Source of the DNA: Cyanophora paradoxa CCMP329
Lineage: Eukaryota; Plantae; Glaucophyta
NCBI GenBank assembly: GCA_004431415.1
Contig: QPMI01000409.1
Coordinates: forward strand, 124,001-188,000
Direction of reading: 5' to 3'
DNA length: 64,000 nucleotides
The notes beneath the pieces were generated by a model that searched no databases, had not been told where the DNA came from, and was given only the letters and a program-made list of their open reading frames with translations. This document shows positions 60,093-64,000 of the stretch, in pieces. The first letter of the stretch is position 1. Each line of letters begins with the position of its first letter. Both the position numbers and the translations under genes were made by a program.

Positions 60093-63000
60093 CTAGGTGG
60101 CGCTGGTGCGGGCGTACTGGACGGAGAAGACGGCGGGGTCGCAGCCGGGGAGGACCCAGCGGCCGTCCTCGGTGAACTCGGGCGGGTCGAACTCGGCGCG
60201 CGGGCCCTTGCGGCGCTCCCGAATCGAGGCCGCCATCGCCGCCACGCGGTTCGTGACGGGCGCGTTCGGGCCGGCCCCGCGGGGCGCGATCGCGAGCCGC
60301 ACAGTGCGGCCGCCGTCGCGCAGCATCGGGTACGTCGGCACGCTGCCCCGCATGACCGGGCGCGGCAGGGCGTCGCCCGTGTCCTCGTCCTCCGCCTCGG
60401 CGGCGGGAGCGGCCAGCTCGGGCTCCGGGGCGGGTGCCGGGGCGGCGGGCGGGCGCGGGGGCGGCGGCGGGGGAGGGCCCCGCCATGGTGGAGCGCCGGA
60501 CCTCGTCCTCGTCCTCGAGGCTCGGCGGGGCCGGCGGGGCGGCGGGGGCGGGGTGGCGGGGAGGGAGCCCAGCGTGTCCCGCTCCTCCCCGAGGCGGCGG
60601 CGGAGGCGGCGCAGGAGCCGGCCTCCGAGTAGGCCGCCGAGGAGATGGAGCGCGAGGAGGCCTCGTCCGCGCAGGGCTCGCCGCGCCAGCCCTCCTCCCC
60701 CGTGCTCCGCGGCCCCGCCTCCTCCTCCTCCTCCTCGGCGTCGCCCCCGCTGGTGGCGGTGCTGCCCGAGGGGCGCCCGTAGGCGACGGGGCTCCCCTGC
60801 GAGAAGAGGCTCCCCGCCCCGAACGAGGCGACCGAGAGGCCCAGCGGCAGCGGCGTCGGCGGCGCGAAGGCCGCCGCCCGCCGCGCCGCGTAGTCGGCGT
60901 CCAGCTCCGAGGGGCACTCGGAGCAGCGCCCGCCGCGCCCCGCGGCGGCGGCGGGGCCCGGCGCCGCGTCGTCGTCCTCCTCCGCCTCGTCGTCGTCGCC
61001 GTGCTCGCCCTCGGTGGCGAAGTCGACGGTGCGGCGCGAGGCGTCGCCGATGGAGCGCAGCGAGGAGGCCCCGAGGCTGGCCCGCTGCCCCCGCCCGAGG
61101 CGCCCCCGGAGGCCGCCTTGCTCGCCGCCGCCGCCGCCAGGCTCAGGTCCGACGGCCGCGCCCCGCCCCGCCCCGAGAGGCACTCCACGGAGGCCTTCAG
61201 CGCGGCGGCCCCGGCGGCGGCGGGCGCCGACTCGGGCTCGGAGGAGCCGGCGGCGGCGTCGTCGCCGTGGCCGCGGGAGGCGGCGGCGGCGGCGATGGCG
61301 CCGGAGAGGCCCAAGGCGGCGGGCGGGAAGGCGGCGGAGGCGGAGGCGTCCACCGAGGCGCCCATCGTGAGCAGGTTCACCTCGTCCTCGTCGTCCCCGC
61401 AGCTGCTGCCCCGCGCCCCGAGGAGCTCCGCCGCCCCAGCACCGGGCTCTCCGCGTACTGCGGCCCCGGCACCGAGCCGCGCGCCGCCGCCGCCGCCTCC
61501 GCCGCCCCGTCGGGGCCCGAGCCGCGGTTGGCGCGGCACGGGAGCACCATGAGGAGCTGCCGGGGACGTGAGTTTTGCGGGGCGGGCCGGGGAGAATGAA
61601 TAAGCGGGGCGCCTTCTGGCAGTAGACGTTGTTGGCGATCTCGGTGAGGAGGGGGTCCTCGGGGAGGGCCCCGTCCCCCACCTGCTCGGAGACCTGCGCC
61701 CGCCCGCCCCGCCTCAGCCCCCGACGCGCCCCCTACGGCCGGGCGGGGCCGGGCGCACGTTGAGGTCGTCGAAGAGGGGCAGGGAGGCGCGGGCGGCGGC
61801 CTCGGAGCCGCCCCCGGCGGCGGCGCGGAGGGCGCGGCGGGCGCGGTCGGCGTCGCGCAGGCTGCGCCCGAAGACCTCGAGGAGCTCGGGGTCGACGGGG
61901 CCCTGGTAGAGCTCGAGGGCGCGGCCCGTGGCGGGGTCGAACACGCCGCCCCCGGGTAGTAGCGCCCGCACGGCGTCGTCGAGAGGCCGTCCCGCAGCAT
62001 CGCCCGGAAGAGGCGCGCCACGCGCAGCTCGATGTTCACCTGCCCCGGCCGGATGCACTCCCGCGGGTCCGGCCGCGGCAGCGTCGGGTGCCGGATCTCG
62101 TCCCACCAGCCGAAGCGCCCGCGGCCCGACGCCGTGCGCGGGAGCTCCGAGGGCCGCCCGCCCCGGGCGACCGAGGCCGGCGTGCCGGCGGCGGCGGCCG
62201 GCGGGGCGCGCGGGGTGCGGGGCGCGCGGGCCGGCGTCGGCTGCGCGGCGAAGCCGCCGCTGGAGGCGGAGGGGACGGCGGAGGCGCCGGAGGAGCGGGC
62301 GGAGGAGGCGGAGGAGGAGGAGGCGCGGGAAGAGGTCGAGTCGCGGGCAACGCGGCGGCGGCGGTTGCGGAGCTGGCGGCGGAGCTCGCTGCGGCTGCGG
62401 ACGACGGAGAGGGTGAGGGCGCAGCGCGCGTCCTCCTGCGAGGCGCGGAGGAGCGCCGAGTCCCGCCGCGGCGCCGCCGCCGCCGGCGACGCGAAGGCCG
62501 AGGAGGAGGCGGCGCGGGCCGGGGCCGGGGAGGGCGAGGGCGAGGGCGAGGCCGGGGCGTGGGCGGGGCTCTCGGCGGCCTCCGGGAGGGGCGGGGAGGC
62601 GGGGCCCGGGGCGGAGAGCGAGGCGAGGAGGTTCTCGAGGCCGTCCGCCGAGCGCGTCATCAGCACGGGCGAGCCGAAGGCGCCCACGAGGGGCCGCGCG
62701 GGGCCGCCGAGGCCACGGGGTCCGAGAGGCGCGCGGCCGCCGGCAGCACGGGCGAGTCCGAGGCGGCGGGGGCGGGGCCTCCGGGGAGGCGGAGGCGCGG
62801 GAGAGCGTGCGGGGGAGGGGCGCCGCGGGGGCCGGGGTCGCGGCGGGGCGGGCCGGGGTGTTGAGGATGGAGAGGCAGCCGAGGTTGAAGCTCGAGAGGG
62901 AGATCCGCCCCGAGCGCGTCTTGAAGCCCGACAGGCTCGCCCGCCCCGCCCCCGGCGGCGAGGCCGCCGGCGGCTCCGCCCGACGCTCTTCCTCCTCCTC

Positions 63001-64000
63001 CTCTTCCTCGTCGTCGCTCGCGTCGCTGCCGAGGGGCTCGCCCTCGCTCGCGCACGACGGGCTGCGCATGTACTCGAGCTCGCGGCGCGCCGCGCTGCTC
63101 CGCCGGGGCGTCGGGTCGGCGCTGCTCGAGCGGCGGGAGGCGGACCAGCGGCCGGCGGCGCCGGGCGACTCGACGGCCCACTGCGGCGAGTCGTCGACGC
63201 GCAGGCCGGACGAGAGGCGCGCGAGGTTGCGCTGCCGGCGGTCCAGGGCCGGCGAGGGCGACTCGAGCGGGGCCTCCGGGGCGCCCGGGAGGGCGGGGCG
63301 ACGGGCGGGGCGACGGAGAAGCGGGGCGGCGGCACGAAGGGCCGGTAGCTCGCGATCGGCGCCACCGCGTCCGAGCGGCGCGGGGCCGCGTGCGGCGAGG
63401 GCGCCGCCGCGAGGACGGCGAGGCTCGAGAGCCGCATCGTCCCCGGCGTGCTCATCGGGTTCTGCGCGGCGGAACCTCAGGCGGGCGGGGCGGGAAGGGT
63501 CGGGGAGCGCGGGGCGCGCACGATGGCGGAGAGGTCCGTGGCGCGGGGCGGCGAGGCGAAGTCGGGGGCCCCGCCCGCCTCCTCCTCCTCGTCGTCGGGG
63601 TCGAAGCCGGAGGCGCGGCGGGAGGCGGGGTCCTCGGGGATGCCAAGGAGGCCCAGGCCCGAGGCGGCCGAGGCGCGCACGACGACGCTCCCCGTGCTCT
63701 CCCTCTCCCTCTGCGGCGCCCCGGCCTCGGCCAGCGCGCCCGAGAGGCGGCGGGCGGTGCCGGCGGCGCCCTCGGCGAGCGCGAGGCGGGCGGCGGCGGC
63801 CTGGAGCAGGCCGCCGGTGCCGGAGAGCCCGCCGGAGGCGAGGATCTCGCTCGGCTTGAAGTTGGCGAGCGAGGAGCTCGGCGTCGGGTCGGCCGAGGCG
63901 GCGATCGTCGGCATGTAGCCGACCGTCAGCGCGCTCTTCTTGCCCCGCGCCGTCCGCTGCTCCGGCGACTCGTCCAGCGAGGGCCCGAGGGCGAGCTGCC
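60093..64000 (-). CDS. Large low-complexity hypothetical protein (5' end outside the window; several apparent frameshifts)
   Basis: Long coding-like ORFs with acidic/Ser tracts, a globular-looking block FGWWDEIRHP..RPGQVNIELRVARLF..DPLLTEIANNVY and a C-terminus ..DGRWVLPGCDPAVFSVQYARTSAT*. Confidence 0.6.

Noticed and set aside
62-63918. Hundreds of long overlapping Pro/Ala/Arg/Gly-rich ORFs on both strands
   Set aside because: Expected from stop-codon scarcity at very high GC. They are antisense or off-frame to spliced genes.

Overview
Gene-dense, very GC-rich eukaryotic nuclear DNA with many short (mostly 50-100 nt) spliceosomal introns, so the six-frame ORF track shows only exon fragments and many spurious Pro/Ala/Arg/Gly-rich ORFs. 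Phe-type transit peptides without a signal peptide, a cyanobacterial-type gene and a BBSome gene suggest a flagellated alga with a primary plastid, most likely a glaucophyte such as Cyanophora (inference). Manual splicing gives about 24 genes: SEC10 (partial), ESF2, PPIH, a WD40 protein, UBA5, a Pro-rich protein, a large RhoGAP/coiled-coil protein, YKT6, an orphan, a P2C-type ATPase, a cyanobacterial-type plastid protein, plastid LPAAT, gamma-glutamyl hydrolase, BBS8, a 76-aa NUUM-like complex I subunit, a SET protein, a D-2-hydroxyacid dehydrogenase, REI1, an LTA4H-type M1 aminopeptidase, a tandem double Sar1-like GTPase, CHMP1, a membrane-anchored degenerate RING protein, a DnaJ-type zinc finger and a large unknown protein (partial). 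The most notable points are: (1) frequent GC-AG introns and C-rich/G-rich self-complementary introns with no polypyrimidine tract; (2) about ten tight head-to-head gene pairs; (3) a Na/K-ATPase-like pump with His at two cation-site positions; (4) a two-domain Sar1-like protein with degenerate G-boxes; (5) exon-cassette W-acidic repeats in the RhoGAP. No tRNA, rRNA, CRISPR array or autonomous transposon was recognised. Family calls rest on remembered motifs, not database searches, and exon boundaries are hand-derived.
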